Source: a virus. Taken from it: a stretch of DNA of 64,000 nt. The number at the start of each line of letters is the position of its first letter. Position 1 is the stretch's first letter. The DNA lies in IMG/VR virus record IMGVR_UViG_3300037488_003551, positions 32,001 to 96,000 of that record. One strand, 5' to 3'. Both the position numbers and the translations under genes were made by a program. Under the pieces are notes generated by a model. That model searched no databases and was not told where the DNA came from. It saw only the letters and a program-made list of their open reading frames with translations. Of this stretch, positions 39,101 through 51,958 are shown piece after piece.

Positions 39101-41047
39101 CTGTACAGGTAAAACAAATCAGGAGTTAGTCGAAGGATATGACAAGCGGATGTTGGCTGACTTGAAAAAAATGTGGTCAGAAGCGTGCGAAATTGCGCGT
39201 ACGCATTGCCCTGTCGACGTAGGAAGAAGCCACCTGAAAGATGGTATCCCTAAGCTCGCAAAACGCGCAGCCGATGCCGAAGCTGAACGGGATAAGTTAT
39301 TAGAACAGATTGATGCGTATAGAGCTGACCGACGTGGACTAGAGCCTCTTCATTGGGCATTCGCTGAGTACGATAATATGAGACCATTACGGCCAAACTT
39401 GAACGAAAAATCTTATGAAGAATTGATGAAAAAGATAGATACGAAAATCGTCGAAGAACTAACGATAGCGTCTATCGTTGCAAAGAATGAGGAGCTCAAA
39501 GAACGCGTGGAGGTTTTGGAGATGGCGGTCGAATACCTGAACGGAGAAAAGAAATGAAAATCGGAGAACTAGCAGACCTGCTGCGCGAGCTCGATATATT
39601 CACGGAACGTTATATAGACCAAAGAGATTGGATTGGGCGTTTTGAAGCCCGGGGAGAAACGACAAAAGTTGAGGAGCAAAAGCTACGCATCGAGGAAATC
39701 AAGCAGAAAATTATGACGCTGCGGGATAAAGAGCTGACGCCTATGACGGAGATGCGAGAGGCATCGGCACGTAATCCGGCCGAAGAGCAGATACCCCTGG
39801 AGATTTGGAATTTGGCGCTAACTACAAAGGAGAACTAAAGAAATGAACGAGATACTCGATAGAATCGCATCCCTAGAAGCTGACCTCACACACGCGTACC
39901 TTCTTAGGAAGGAATTAGAACGACGGCTAGAAGAGAAAGGAATCGAGCTACTGAGATACAAACAAACACTGGCCAAGATTTTGAATATGTCCCTGACCTA
40001 CACAGGAATTGAGGAGATGGATAAAATCAGCGAATTCATTAAAGAGTTCGTGGAGAAAGAGGTACGTGGATGAACGAGATACTCGATAGAATCGCAGCGG
40101 CCCTCGAGAAGCAAACTGAGCTACTCGCTAAAAGTGTCGCGCTGCAAGAAGAGGGGTGCGTAAGAAGTCGGGAGATGCAAGCGCTCAATTACGAACATAC
40201 CCTGCTTTCTATAGAGCGGCATCACCTTCTGCGAATGCGTGAATTCTTGGCGCTCTTTGCCTATGCGGGAGCAGAGCGCTCGACCATATTCCCCGTTGTC
40301 TCGGCGGCCTACGAAAAATGGAAACTAGCCGTTGAAGATATCAGTCCTGAGGCAAATATTGGTTTTAATGTTATCGAGCGTATTTATCAAAACGACCTGA
40401 GACAAGTTCAACAAGAAATCTTAAAACGTATCGAGGCTGGAACTACGGAGGGCCTTTCTAGAGACTTAGTTGCAGCCCTTGAAGTCGTCAACAACTTTTT
40501 GCACAAGAAGGAAGAGGTTCCCGCGGAAGAGGACGAGGATGAAGATGAGGACGAGGACGAAGGCCCGGACGACCCCAAAAAAGCGTCGTTCTGATTTACT
40601 CCTGCCCTTTTAACAAACAACCCAAAATCTAGATTCGAGGAGGACACAAAAATGTATTGTGACGGATACCCTGCATTCAAAATGGGACGACTGGTAGACA
40701 ACAAGCTCTATTACTGCGATGATTATGGCATGGAATTGAAGGAGGCGAAATGTTGGCGGACCGATATCCAATGTCACAAGTACTGCGTCTTGTTTAACGA
40801 CGGTACTAAGTATTTCTACTGTGATAATAAGCCCTCGGCCAAGAGCTGGCTGGCGGATTTCAAAGATAAGCAGAAGCAGATAGAGGATGAAAAGAAATTG
40901 TGCGAACAGAAAGAAGCAAAAATCGAGAGCCTTCACTCTGAACTCATAAAGTTGAGGGAAGAAAATTCTAAAATGAAATACGCTCTATCCGCAACTCTGA
41001 CTGAAAAGAAGTTGCGCAAAACGCGTGAAAAGAAGGTCAAAGAATAG
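36082..41047 (+). CDS. Run of about 13 small hypothetical genes (HTH-like 36082, coiled-coil proteins, acidic-tailed 40070-40594)
   Basis: Abutting or overlapping co-oriented ORFs with SD motifs. Confidence 0.6.
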
Positions 41048-41482
41048 ATGAATTGGTACCTCCTCATAGGCCTCGGCCTCCTCGCTTGGCTCACCCAGAA
41101 CGTCACGCACGAGCTCTCCCACCTCTGGTCCGGCTGGTTGTGGGAGGGCCGGCGCCCCAAGAAGCTCATCCCCTGGCCCCACATGTACGAGAAGCGCCTC
41201 TACTGGGCGCGCTACGATAGCGGTCCACCTACCAAGAATGGCACCCCGCGGCACCGCTACAGCGCCCCAATCCGCTGGGCCTGCGTCCAGTTCTGTGTGA
41301 GCGTCTCGCTGTTCTGCGTCTTGATAATTCGTCAAGACGAGGGCTGGGCCTACTTCCTACCTTTTCTTCTCGCTCCTCTAATAGATTCAAGTGTTTGGAT
41401 GTGGGGGTACTTGAGAAATAGGCCGGGCACGGACGGGGCATGTTGGCGAGAACAGCGTCGAATTGATAGGAGAATTTATTGA
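41048..41482 (+). CDS. Membrane-embedded HExxH metallopeptidase-like protein (M50/DUF3267-like)
   Basis: TM followed by HELSH, then AP + TM, and a C-terminal GTDG. Confidence 0.55.
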   Translation: MNWYLLIGLGLLAWLTQNVTHELSHLWSGWLWEGRRPKKLIPWPHMYEKRLYWARYDSGPPTKNGTPRHRYSAPIRWACVQFCVSVSLFCVLIIRQDEGWAYFLPFLLAPLIDSSVWMWGYLRNRPGTDGACWREQRRIDRRIY

Positions 41483-44116
41483 TAATTTAGTAAATAGTTG
41501 ACGGATTATTAAGAGTAATTTGGAGTAAATTCTGAGAAAATGCAATGTACCGGCAATCGAAGCGTAGGTCAAGAGAGGACGAATTCGATGAGAATCTGCA
41601 AGTTCTGCCGAACGGAATTCGGAGAAGCCCACCACGACCTCAACATCTGTTCAGGGTGCTGGGAGAAGAATATCACAAACCTGACTCTGACCGAGTATCC
41701 CTGCTCAAACAATGCTTGCGTCTTCACCCATGAGGGCGGGGAGGGCACGGCCAGGGGGTGCAACTGTTTGACCGATTTCCCCATGGCCGATGAAGTTCGG
41801 CGAGCTCTGCGCCAGGAGATTCGACTGAGCGGTATGCGCGCCACAAAAAACGGGCGCCGGCAAGCTATTAAATGGTTCGAGAAAGCTATCGAGGACCACC
41901 TCTGGAAGTCCGATGGAGTAGATGATAATATCCAAAAACAAATGGAGTACATTCTCGTACGAATGAAGATGGAGATATAACTGTGCTAAAAGAGATTTTG
42001 TTCGTGGTATGTGGATTGCTTTTTATTGGATTTATCGCAATCTGGAAAGAGCGCAATGAAGAAGTAACAGAGCTCGAGGATGCTCTTTCGAAAGAAAGAG
42101 TGGGGGATATTGGGTATAAAGAAAAGCTAGACAAAGCTCAGGCTGAGATCGGCGCGCTCAAAGCCGAGATTGAAAAGTCCACGGCTGTACTGCAGCAGTG
42201 TGTAAAAGAAGTAGAGACATGCAGCTCTATTGAATATGCTAGCCGAGCGTTGAGAATAAAGAGGTAATGTCGATGTACACCCGCGTCAAACCTGGCTCTC
42301 CTTGGTGGTGGTGGTTTTCCATCAATGGTAGACACGAGGTCTATCGCATCGTTCGAGATGGGAGCGGGGGCCTATGGGTCAACGATAATGGAGAAGGCTG
42401 TGCCCTCAAGGAATTCCGGGGTAAACCCATCGAGCCCGTGCGGCCGGCACAAGAGGTCGACACCCACGAGACCCTCTGCATGACCGCGGAAGAGCTTGCG
42501 AGCATGACGGGGGAATCCATCTTCTACATGGTCCAGCAGCAACGCACAGTTAAAGTAGAAGACCATGTCTTTTTCGATGTCTGGGCGGCAGTCCAACCCT
42601 TCTTCACTTTCAATGCCGCGGAAAAGTACATCCGTGACCATAACGCAGACCTACAAAATCCACGTGTCGTCGAGATGAGCGCCGAGGATAATCCAGAGTG
42701 GCGCGTGATTCAAAAGCTGTTCTTTAAAACCCAGGGCTAATAACAGAGAAAGAGGAAGAGTAATGAGAGTCCTATTAATCTGGGAAATGATTCCCGAAAG
42801 CGCCGAAGCCTATGTCATCCAAGACCCCACGCAAGAGCAGCTGGATACGTTGCTCGCAGCGAATGAAACGTATATCGGTACCGACGATGATGACGCCGCT
42901 GCACTGATTATCAGTACTGCTATTGGGGACAAAGCGGATGCCGACCCCTATATCGACGAGAAATGGCATGCCATCTGGGAAAAATGCCGCGTCGAGTTCC
43001 CTGTGAAAGGTCCCATTGATTGGGTCGTGATTACAGGGTGTGCACTATGACTAACGTAGAAAAAGGAGATGGCACCCAGATACAAGAGTACACAACACCT
43101 TGTATCGGGTGCGGTTGACTTCTGTTGTAGAAAAAGTCTGTGTTGGATGGGAAAGAAAGACCCGGAAGATAAACACTGCTGTTATCTTTTATGGGATGGA
43201 GGGAAGTGGCGCTGTGAGCTCATTCTAAGAAGTAAAACAATTGGGAAAGCGCTCTACGCAGGAGAAGGCTGCTGTGCGGACCTGAATACCTATTTCCGTT
43301 ATAAAATAGTTCCCACCCCAAAAGACCTTGCGAACGAAAATGCTTTTCTGTGTGATTTGAAAAAGAGAAGGAAGAAGTAAAATGCGACTCCCAAAAGTAA
43401 CTGGCTACAATGGCCAGTACGATAAGCTTATTGAGAACGACCCGTTCGGGGGCACCGTCTTCTGGTCTCCCGGAGATATGACACAGTACTGCCTGGTCGC
43501 GCGCCGGCTGGAGTACGACGAGGCTCGAAGTTTGAGCGCTAGCCCGGGTTCCATGATAGTCTCCATGAGCACTGACCAAGAGAAGTGGACGACGGTTATC
43601 ATGGTCGAAGGGAATCTCTACCATTTGGATTACTTCATGGGCAAGGTCCATCACGGAGGGCCAAGCGTCTACACGATGACCGCGTACACGGCGCTTTTGA
43701 ATATGGTGCTGGGAAATGAATCCTACGGAGAAAACCTAGCCAAAAAGCTCCTAAAGAGGTAACGTAATGGGTACACCGATACCTACGGATACCGTTTTGG
43801 CAGTCTCACAGGCGCGACAGAAACCGCTCTCTACCCCACCCAAAGGACCAGCGGGTCCCATCCTCTTTCAAGTCGAAACCATAGGTATCGGCCTATCTAT
43901 CGCCACCTCTGTCATCTGCTCCATGCTCGCCGGGGTAGTCCTGGGCTTCATCTTCGGAATGAACGTCCAGGGCTGCCCCGAGCTCTACTCTCGAAAAATC
44001 TTGGCGGACAAGTGCGTTTGCACCGATGGTCTGTGTGGCCTGTTCGCCCTTATTTCACAAGACGATGGCACACGCTTTTGGGCAGATACAAAAGCTGCCT
44101 GTAAGAAGGAACCAGA

Positions 44117-44515
44117 ATGAAATTTGTTTGGACGCTTGCTCTTTCTCTCGCTTGCGCCTTCGGGCTTAACAGCTGCGGAGCGCCCCAGGACTCGAAGAAG
44201 AAAGAGGAGAAGGTCATCATCGACCAGATCGGACCTATCTTCGTGTTCTGTATTTACGGGGTGAGGTACGGCTCGTATGGCCAATTCGCTGATAAGTACC
44301 TCGCTCCGCTCATGGGAACCGACGGCTGGCCGCTGCCCTGCAAGAACCCGACCCCCGAGAACTGCGAGAAAAAACTGCTCGCATGTCAAGTAGACTGCCT
44401 GGCCGACCAGTCCACCCTCCGCGAGCTCGAGGAGTGCGAAGGCCTGGATGCGTTCATCGACAAGTGCATCGGCGGGGACGGGACGAATGTGAAGCCTGAC
44501 CCCCATGGTAAGTAA
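44117..44515 (+). CDS. Putative lipoprotein
   Basis: MKFVWTLALSLACAFGLNS-C signal/lipobox-like sequence; Cys-rich. Confidence 0.55.
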   Translation: MKFVWTLALSLACAFGLNSCGAPQDSKKKEEKVIIDQIGPIFVFCIYGVRYGSYGQFADKYLAPLMGTDGWPLPCKNPTPENCEKKLLACQVDCLADQSTLRELEECEGLDAFIDKCIGGDGTNVKPDPHGK

Positions 44516-46831
44516 AAAAAAGACGGAAGAGGTGGAGGTGGATGACGACCCCGAGGGAGAAATCATCCTCCTCCGCGACGACCGAAAAAAGACGCTATTC
44601 CGGCTACGAAGAATTTTTGAGACAAAGATGCAGCAGCTCGAAATCGTGTGCGCGCTTTTAAGAAGCGTGGGTCAGCAGCTTACGGTTTGGGAAAAGAATG
44701 AAAAGGTTCCTTTAAGAAAAAAGGACTGTTGGTTTTTAATGCAAACCCTAATGCATTTTTCAACGCAAAGAGAACATTCAGACCTATTGCAAAAAGAATG
44801 GGCTAAGAGGTTCTCTGGCAGTACACTGGAGGTAAAGGCAAAACAGTAGGGAGGTGGTCGATGGAAGGACACATTTGGGGATTGAATGAGCTCCGAGGAT
44901 GTCGCGAAGAATATACGCCCGCCCATGAAAAGATTCTGGCTGTCCCTAAAAACTTCATAAAGCAACCCGTTATGGTCAGCGAGGGGGATATGGTATCATG
45001 GCATGGACTATGGCATCGTGTCTGTCGAGTGGACTACGACGAGGCGCGCGAGGAGCTCGTCATGATCCTTGCGCACTAAAAAGGAAAACAAATGAGCGTC
45101 CTTTTAGTGTGGGTGAAATTTTCTGAACCGCATTGGCTCTTCGAGCTCGAGGATTTAACTGAAAAGCAGGTGCGGGTACTCAAAGAAGCCACGGAAGCTT
45201 TTGTGACTAACGAAGACCGCACGGAGCATTCGGCCACCCACAAAATAGCGGAGGCTGTTGGGGATAAGAAAAGAGATGTAGCTGACCCTGAATGGGATTC
45301 CATTTGGGTTAATAGTAAGATAATAACAAGAATGAAAAATCCAAGCACAGGTATATTCTGCTGTGGTTGGGGAGAAGAAACCGATCCAAAAGAACAGGAA
45401 AAAGTGTGTCATGTCTGACGAAATTATTACCACGAACACGGGCGTCAAAATCAATATCACCGCGGCTATCAAGGACCAGGCAGACGCGGAGCAGACCCTC
45501 TGTATTCTCTGCAACCACATCGATGAAATCGATGCTGCGCACAAAAAAGAAGTGGCGGAATTCAAGAAGGTGGCGGCTGAGAATGGAAGAAGGCTCGAGA
45601 GCTGTGAGCTCGAGGTTACACGGCACCTGAAAAGAGCGCTTGAGGAAATCTCTCTTAAGCTGCGGGCTGAGAGAAAAATAGAGCAGATGCAGAAGAAGCT
45701 CGAAGAAAACGAAGTCCGCAATCTTAAACAGAAGAAGCGTATTCAAGAGCTCGAGAATATCAATAGGACGATGAAGAGGTCTTCTGAAGAGACATTGGAG
45801 CAGATGAAGAAGAAGGTAGAGGAGGCGCTAATGCGCGTCGTAGCTAAAGAAAAGGCAGAGGACAACGCTGAGCCGGTAGTTCCAAAATGAAGGCACTCTC
45901 TTGGAGTTTAGCTTTAGCTGCGTTGGTTATTATTCCTCTCCTAATTGGAACGTGGGGGAAATCCAGTAACGCGAAAAAAGAAGAGACCATAATGGATTTT
46001 ACGCCCAAGAATAGAGCGCAGGTGGTTATCGATGATCAGGGAATCCTGGTCATCGGTTTCTGCTGGCAAGACCGCCCTTTCCTCGTCGCGACCCATAACA
46101 CTTTTGCCGGAGGCGGAGGCCTGCAGCTTTTGAAAGTAGAAGGGTGGTGTCAGTAATGGAAGCTAAGGGAACAGAGGGGCGCAAGGTCCATCTCTATTTT
46201 ACCGACGAGAACGGTGAGTGGATGTGGGCCATTTGCATGCACGAGAATAGAGAATGGTGGCTCGATACGTATGACACGCACGATAATGCTGTGAGCCACT
46301 GCGAATCGATGCAATGGGAAATCGTAAGCAAGTCGTCAGCGGAGGGGTGGCACGGGAATGACCCCGAGGCTGCTTTTTCAGAACCCCGCTGCCCCTATTG
46401 TGGAACGGATAATCCAGCAAGAGCAGGCACCCTTTCTTGTCGGGGATGCTCTCGAACTTTTATAAGCTATGAGATACCTGCTGGGGTGGTTTACTGCACA
46501 CGTAAATAAGAAGGAGTTTTAATGAAGGACTATGAAGCTCCAGGGACGTTTCGGTTGAAGCTGACCATGGAGGACATGCAGCTGACAGTGATGCGTTGTA
46601 TCCACGAGCATCTGACTGGGTTGGATGTAGAGATTAGCAAAGCTGTTAAAGAGATATGTACGCCTTCAAATATCATCGCTGAAATCAGACCCATAGCAGA
46701 GGAATGCTTACATCGAGCTCTAAAAGAAGAGATGGAAGCCTACTTTAAATACGGGCCTGGCAGGAAATCAATCAAGGCCGAGGTGTTCTCGTCTTTGGAT
46801 AGATTCTTTGCGAATCAAGTGGAGGATAAAG

Positions 46832-49426
46832 ATGACCATTGAAAGATGTATCGAGTGCGAGAATCCCGTGGAAAGAACGGGTGAAGAGGCACTTTATATG
46901 GATGGCGAGGGTCCGCTTTGTGAGAAGTGCTTTGATTATAGCGCGCTGGAAGCGGAGCACCAAGAGGTCGTAGAAAAGCTCGAGGCCGAGGTGGAGCGGC
47001 TCAAGGAAGAAACGAAGCTCTTGCCGGAGCTCACTCGAAAGGCTGAGCGTTTTACAGAAATTTGGGACATCGCAACACAATCAAGAAGCGCAGATGCTGT
47101 ACAGTCGATGGAAGCTACATGGAGAAAATGGGAGCAGTTAAGGGCGGGAACCCATATACCCATGGAGCAGGCGTTGATTATGAAGATGGAGCTCGCGGCT
47201 GAGGTGGAGCGGCTCGAGGCGCACACCTGGGAGCAAGAGCGAGCGGCAGTGGTGGCGTTAGCAGCCGGGTGGATAGATGCTATGAGTCCAAGCCCTAATG
47301 AGCACAATCCGAGCATGTCCGCAAAATGTGAGGTTTTGTCAGAGCTTATTTGCATTATCGAACGCAGCGAGCACTGGCCGGAAGGAAGGAATAATCATGT
47401 CTGACACGCAGAATAATTACGGCGTTCAGATCGAGAAGTTGGAATGGAGGATTAGGGAATTAAGTAAAGAAGCAGAACACCTATCACAGATCGCCGCTCA
47501 TTATCTTGGTGAATCAACTGTATTGAGGGTTAAAGTGGCCGCGCTCGAGGCCGAGGTGGAGCGGCTCAAGAACCAAGTCAGTTTGGCAGCGTACGGTCTA
47601 GTTACAGAACCCGTCCAGTTGCCACATGACCACACCTGGAAGCAGAACGGGCGGCGGTGGTGGCGCGGATAAATCATATGGCGAGCACTGGCAGGAAGGA
47701 TGGGAGGGATGAAGATTGAGAAGTGTATTGAATGTGATGAACCCACGGGTAGGGCAGGCAAGTGCGAGGAATCACTGTACGTGGAGGAGAGCGGGCCATT
47801 TTGCGAGGCATGTTTTAAGTGGAAGGCAGCACAGGTTGTCATGCCCACCGATTACGATAGGAGTATTCATTCGAATCCTGACGCGCAGGCGTGGGCTAAG
47901 TTTTTCTGCGAGACGTTTCCGGGGGCCGATGAGGCATTGATGATCGGATGGTTTGCCAATTCCATGATGGCTATGCACGATCATGTCAAAACAGAAGCCA
48001 AAGCCGAGGTGGAGCAGCTCAATGCCCACACCTGGGAGCAGGAGCGGGCGGCGGTGGTGAAGTGGCTAGGTAGTGCGAAAGACTCACATCCAGTTATCAT
48101 TAAGCTTCTGAGTTATGTGTTGGATTGCATTGAAAAGGGCGAGCACTGGCCGGAAGGCGAGAAGACATGACGTGTGAAATCGAAAAGGACAGGGAGTGGG
48201 TCGGACAATATGAATGTGCAACTCATGGGGTGTGGTACAGGGACAGCGACAAGAAGCCAAAGGAACTATGTCCAGTGGGGGAGGCCGAGGCGGAGGTCGC
48301 TCGGCTCAATGCCCACACCTGGCAACAGGAGCGGGCGGCGGTGGTGAAGTGGCTGCGCGGAGCGGGATGGATGGCAAACCCTAGGGACATCGAAACCGGG
48401 GAGCACTGGCAGGAAGGAGGAACAAATGCTAGCAAGTAAATTTGTTGAAATTTATGGAAATGAATTGATTGGAAAATGGGTAAATACCGAGAAAATGGGT
48501 TTGTTCCCTGGTGGACGAGCAATAGTTATTGATCTCGGTACAGACCCTAATGCCCCTGAGATTGTTATGAATGTTAAGGCCGATAATTGGCACGAAGAAA
48601 TAGGGGTATTTGACCATGAGGAAATAAACTTCTGGCCGGAAGGAGGGGCACCATTACTGACGATGAGTCAAATCTTAATACAATAGAAGACTGTCTGCGG
48701 TTGTTTATTACAGGTGTGTATGAAGCATACGCACAGAATGGGATAGTTTTCAAATCATTAGATGATATGGAGACATCTCTTCGATGTCACGGATGGATTC
48801 CCAACAACGCACCTCTAGTGTTTTCTAAAAGCAAGTTGCTTGGGAGGGAGGGATGACCTATAACACTAATACAAATAAAACACCGTGCACGTCTTGCGGT
48901 CGAGGTGACATCGAGGGCCAATGGTGGTCCTTATCGGGATATTCTACAGGCGATAGGTTGGTGTCGGGTTATTACTGTCCGAAATGCGCTCACAAAGTTT
49001 TTGATGAACGAAAAAAATATGATGACGAAAGGCGCTGCCTGGAAGGAGAAAAGCACTGACATGGATGAGTTAAAACCGTGCCCATTTTGTGGCTGTACTC
49101 AAGTTCTCGTATCACAACGAGATGGTGTGCCTTTAATTGCGTGCAATGAGTGCTGGGGAGAAAACCGGACGATTAAAGCTTGGAACCGGCGTGAAGAGGT
49201 CACAGCGCTAGAGGCCGAGGTGGAGCGGCTCAAGGCCAACTGGTTGGGAGCTTTTCTAGGCGTGGTAACAGCCGCCATGTTTGCGATGCTCAGCTGGGTC
49301 GCACTCCATAATCCAAATGGGTCACAATCTCTAATCGGCATGGTGTACGGTGTGGTGATGGCTATAGTGGTATCGCTGCTTCCGTGTGCAGTGTCCCTGT
49401 TGCAAGGGGAAAGGGTATGTAGTTGA
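46832..49426 (+). repeat. Cluster of mosaic genes (46832, 47397, 47700, 48167, 49061) built around shared DNA boxes
   Basis: Exact 24-mer gaggccgaggtggagcggctcaag at 46982, 47547, 49211, with variants near 47196, 48003, 48287. Box 2 is cacacctgg..gcggcggtggtg; box 3 is gagcactggc(c/a)ggaagg. Confidence 0.85.
49061..49426 (+). CDS. Lar-like (restriction alleviation) Zn-finger fused to EAEVERL box and two TM helices
   Basis: MDELKPCPFCG...IACNEC...IKAWNRR. Confidence 0.65.
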   Translation: MDELKPCPFCGCTQVLVSQRDGVPLIACNECWGENRTIKAWNRREEVTALEAEVERLKANWLGAFLGVVTAAMFAMLSWVALHNPNGSQSLIGMVYGVVMAIVVSLLPCAVSLLQGERVCS

Positions 49427-49731
49427 CGATGGAAAGAAGAAAACTGGAAATAGAACTGGACAGAGAAATAGCTGAAGAGAACGACAAAGTCTGGGAGATG
49501 CAGCATAGCCGCACGTTGGATAAGCTCCAGCGCATGGCTTTTATGTACATCCAGAGGGTCACGACGCTGCTCGAAATACTGCACAAAGTCGACCAGCTCC
49601 TCATGGTGAACAGGTCAAAGAAAGAAATCACACGCGCAGAGGCAGCGCTCTATATGCGGGCGTTTTCACTGTTCACACTCGCTGAAGAGAACATGGAGAA
49701 GGTCGAGGAAGAATTGAAAAGGAGATGAGAT

Positions 49732-50384
49732 GTGGCATTCAAAACCCTAGAAGAATATCAGCAGCGCGTTGTCGCACTCCACAAGCAAATCCGGCCCTTT
49801 GTAGACAGTAGCCACCTCGATGCCAGTGAATTCATCGTCCGCTTTACTCCGGGTGCCAGCCATAAGATGTTTCTCGACCTTTTAGAGGACGAGATTTGCT
49901 TGGTGAGTGTCTACGGGGAAGATAGGGGTATTGGCACGTACTATAAAGATGAACACGTCTTTTTTGCGGGTGGGGGAAGTCCGAGAGTTTGGCCTATGGG
50001 GAAGGCGCAGAAGATAAGAGAGTGGTTTAAAAAGAACGCTCCCGAAGTGAAGTTGTGGTGAGAGGGATGAGAATTTATGGGTCGATAGAAGAGTACCGGG
50101 CGTGTGTTGAGACCTATTACAAACAAATAGGGCCGTATGTCCGCCACGCCCACTTATCTGAAAGCCCTCTCTTCGTCGTATTTCTCCCGGGGGACATGGG
50201 AAAAACCTGGCTAAAGCTTTTAGCGAAAGATATTTGTTTGGTTGTTGATTATGGGGGGATAGAGAATGAACGTCTTTCCTATTCGTTCTTCGCTGGCGGA
50301 GGCGCTAAAGAAGTTTGGACTCGGCAGGAGCGTCACAAAATACGTCGATGGTTTGTGGAGCGGGCGCCGGATGTGAGGCTTTGA
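49732..50384 (+). CDS. Two tandem paralogs (49732-50061 and about 50067-50384)
   Basis: Shared EEY..V....KQI.P.V...HL, LL...ICLV..YG, FFAGGG...VW, KIR.WF...AP.V.L. Confidence 0.75.
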
Positions 50385-50435
50385 GGAGAAAAAGGATGAT
50401 TATGGTGATCATCTCTTAAATAGGAGAAAAGTGGA

Positions 50436-51224
50436 ATGAGTACAGAAATCGTAGTTCAAGAGTACATGTTCGAAAATTTGGCAGTACGCATTGGAATGTT
50501 CAACGGCGAGCCTTGGTGGGTGGCAAAGGATGTGATGGCGGCCCTAGGGTATGCGGAGAACAGCGACGTAAGCAGCATAACATCGAAGGTCCCCGAGGAG
50601 TGGAAGGGTCACAAACGGTTTGGGACCCTTGGCGGAGTACAGGAAATGATTGCACTTTCCGAGCAAGGCCTTTACCACTTCGTCGCCCGAAGCGACAAAC
50701 CGGCAGCTCTCCCCTTCCAAAAGTGGGTGGCCGGCGAGGTCCTCCCCTCCATCCGCAAAACGGGCTCCTACGGCATCCAAAAGAAGACGCCCGCCGAGAT
50801 GTTGCTCGACTCCGTGCAGATGCTCGTAGACCAAGAGAAAAAGCAGCGAGAGCACGATACGCGCCTCGTCCGCCTTGAAAAACTCGAGGAACAACGCATC
50901 CATGCGACTGTCAAAATGATGGATGAATTCCCCGTCCCAGCTGAACGCGTAGAAGAAGTCTCTGACCGGGCCATGGTCAATCGCGTGGTGCGCAACGCCG
51001 TCTATCGAAGCACAGGCCTTCGCCACAGCGATGCGTTTGCGCGGCTATATCGAGAATTCAGAGACAGGACCGGCATCGACCTCTCGGCTCGAGCTCGCAA
51101 TCGCAAACTGAAAAATGCCCTGGATGCGGCAGAAGCCGATGGTCTCATGGCCAGGCTTTACGCGGTGGCCTACGAAATCTTCGAAGTCCTGCCTATTCCC
51201 ACTGAATGGTCTGAAGAAAATTAA
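50436..51224 (+). CDS. BRO-N domain (antirepressor-like) protein
   Basis: FENLAVRI...GEPWWVAKDV...LSEQGLYHFVARSDKPAALPFQKWVAGEVLPSIRKTGSY. Confidence 0.9.
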   Translation: MSTEIVVQEYMFENLAVRIGMFNGEPWWVAKDVMAALGYAENSDVSSITSKVPEEWKGHKRFGTLGGVQEMIALSEQGLYHFVARSDKPAALPFQKWVAGEVLPSIRKTGSYGIQKKTPAEMLLDSVQMLVDQEKKQREHDTRLVRLEKLEEQRIHATVKMMDEFPVPAERVEEVSDRAMVNRVVRNAVYRSTGLRHSDAFARLYREFRDRTGIDLSARARNRKLKNALDAAEADGLMARLYAVAYEIFEVLPIPTEWSEEN

Positions 51225-51238
51225 TCCCGTTTAAAAGA

Positions 51239-51282
51239 AGAAGAGCGCCTACGTGAGATAATCACGTGGGCGTTCTTTTTTT
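51239..51282 (+). terminator. Intrinsic terminator
   Basis: aagagcgcctacgtga / tcacgtgggcgttctt followed by a T-run. Confidence 0.8.
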
Positions 51283-51958
51283 GACGCCATCCTTGGTATA
51301 AGAGGGGGACAGAAAAGAAGGTTTGGTGTGACTTATTCCGAACAGGTGAAGGTCTTCGAAAAAAGGATAGCGCCTTTTATCAGCGGGGCCTCGGATGGAA
51401 TCGAATACGCCGGCTTTATCTGCTCGGTCTACCACTTTTTAAGCGAGGCCACACGACGGGAATGGGACTGGATTGGGCGGAAAAAGGTCGTGGTGCTCGG
51501 CTCCGGGGGGCCTAAGAGCCTCGTGATTGGGCGAGGGTGGGATAGGGGTAAGTGGCATAGCCCTGACCCTATAAGCCGCGTAAAAGAGTGGTCCAGGCAC
51601 TACTGCCCGGGGATGATGGAGGAGAAGGAATGGACACTGGACGGACTGAGAATGAAGAGTCGGGGAGGCTGAGAAAAGCTCTGGGGGTGCTGAGGGAGCT
51701 GGCCTACCTGTACGAAAGTCGAGCAGACGATATGGGGAACTACAAAGGGTATCAAGGGCCTATCTGGCGCACCAACATCATCTGCGTGTCAGAAGAGGCG
51801 GGAGAGGCGCTGAGGGGGTTGTTAGAAGAGTGTGGGGTAGAGGCTGAGGTAAAAAATGAGTCCGCTTTTGGGGGCCGGCTCGTCGTCATGAGCGTGGAGC
51901 TTATAAATGCGGAAGTAGAGCAGATTCGGAGTGAAAGTTTGGAGGCAGGAGGTGTGGC

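Noticed and set aside
46982-49234. CRISPR array or DGR template/variable repeats
   Set aside because: Repeats are in-frame coding and irregularly spaced by hundreds of bases. No adenine-specific mismatch pattern was evident, and no cas or reverse transcriptase gene is in the window.
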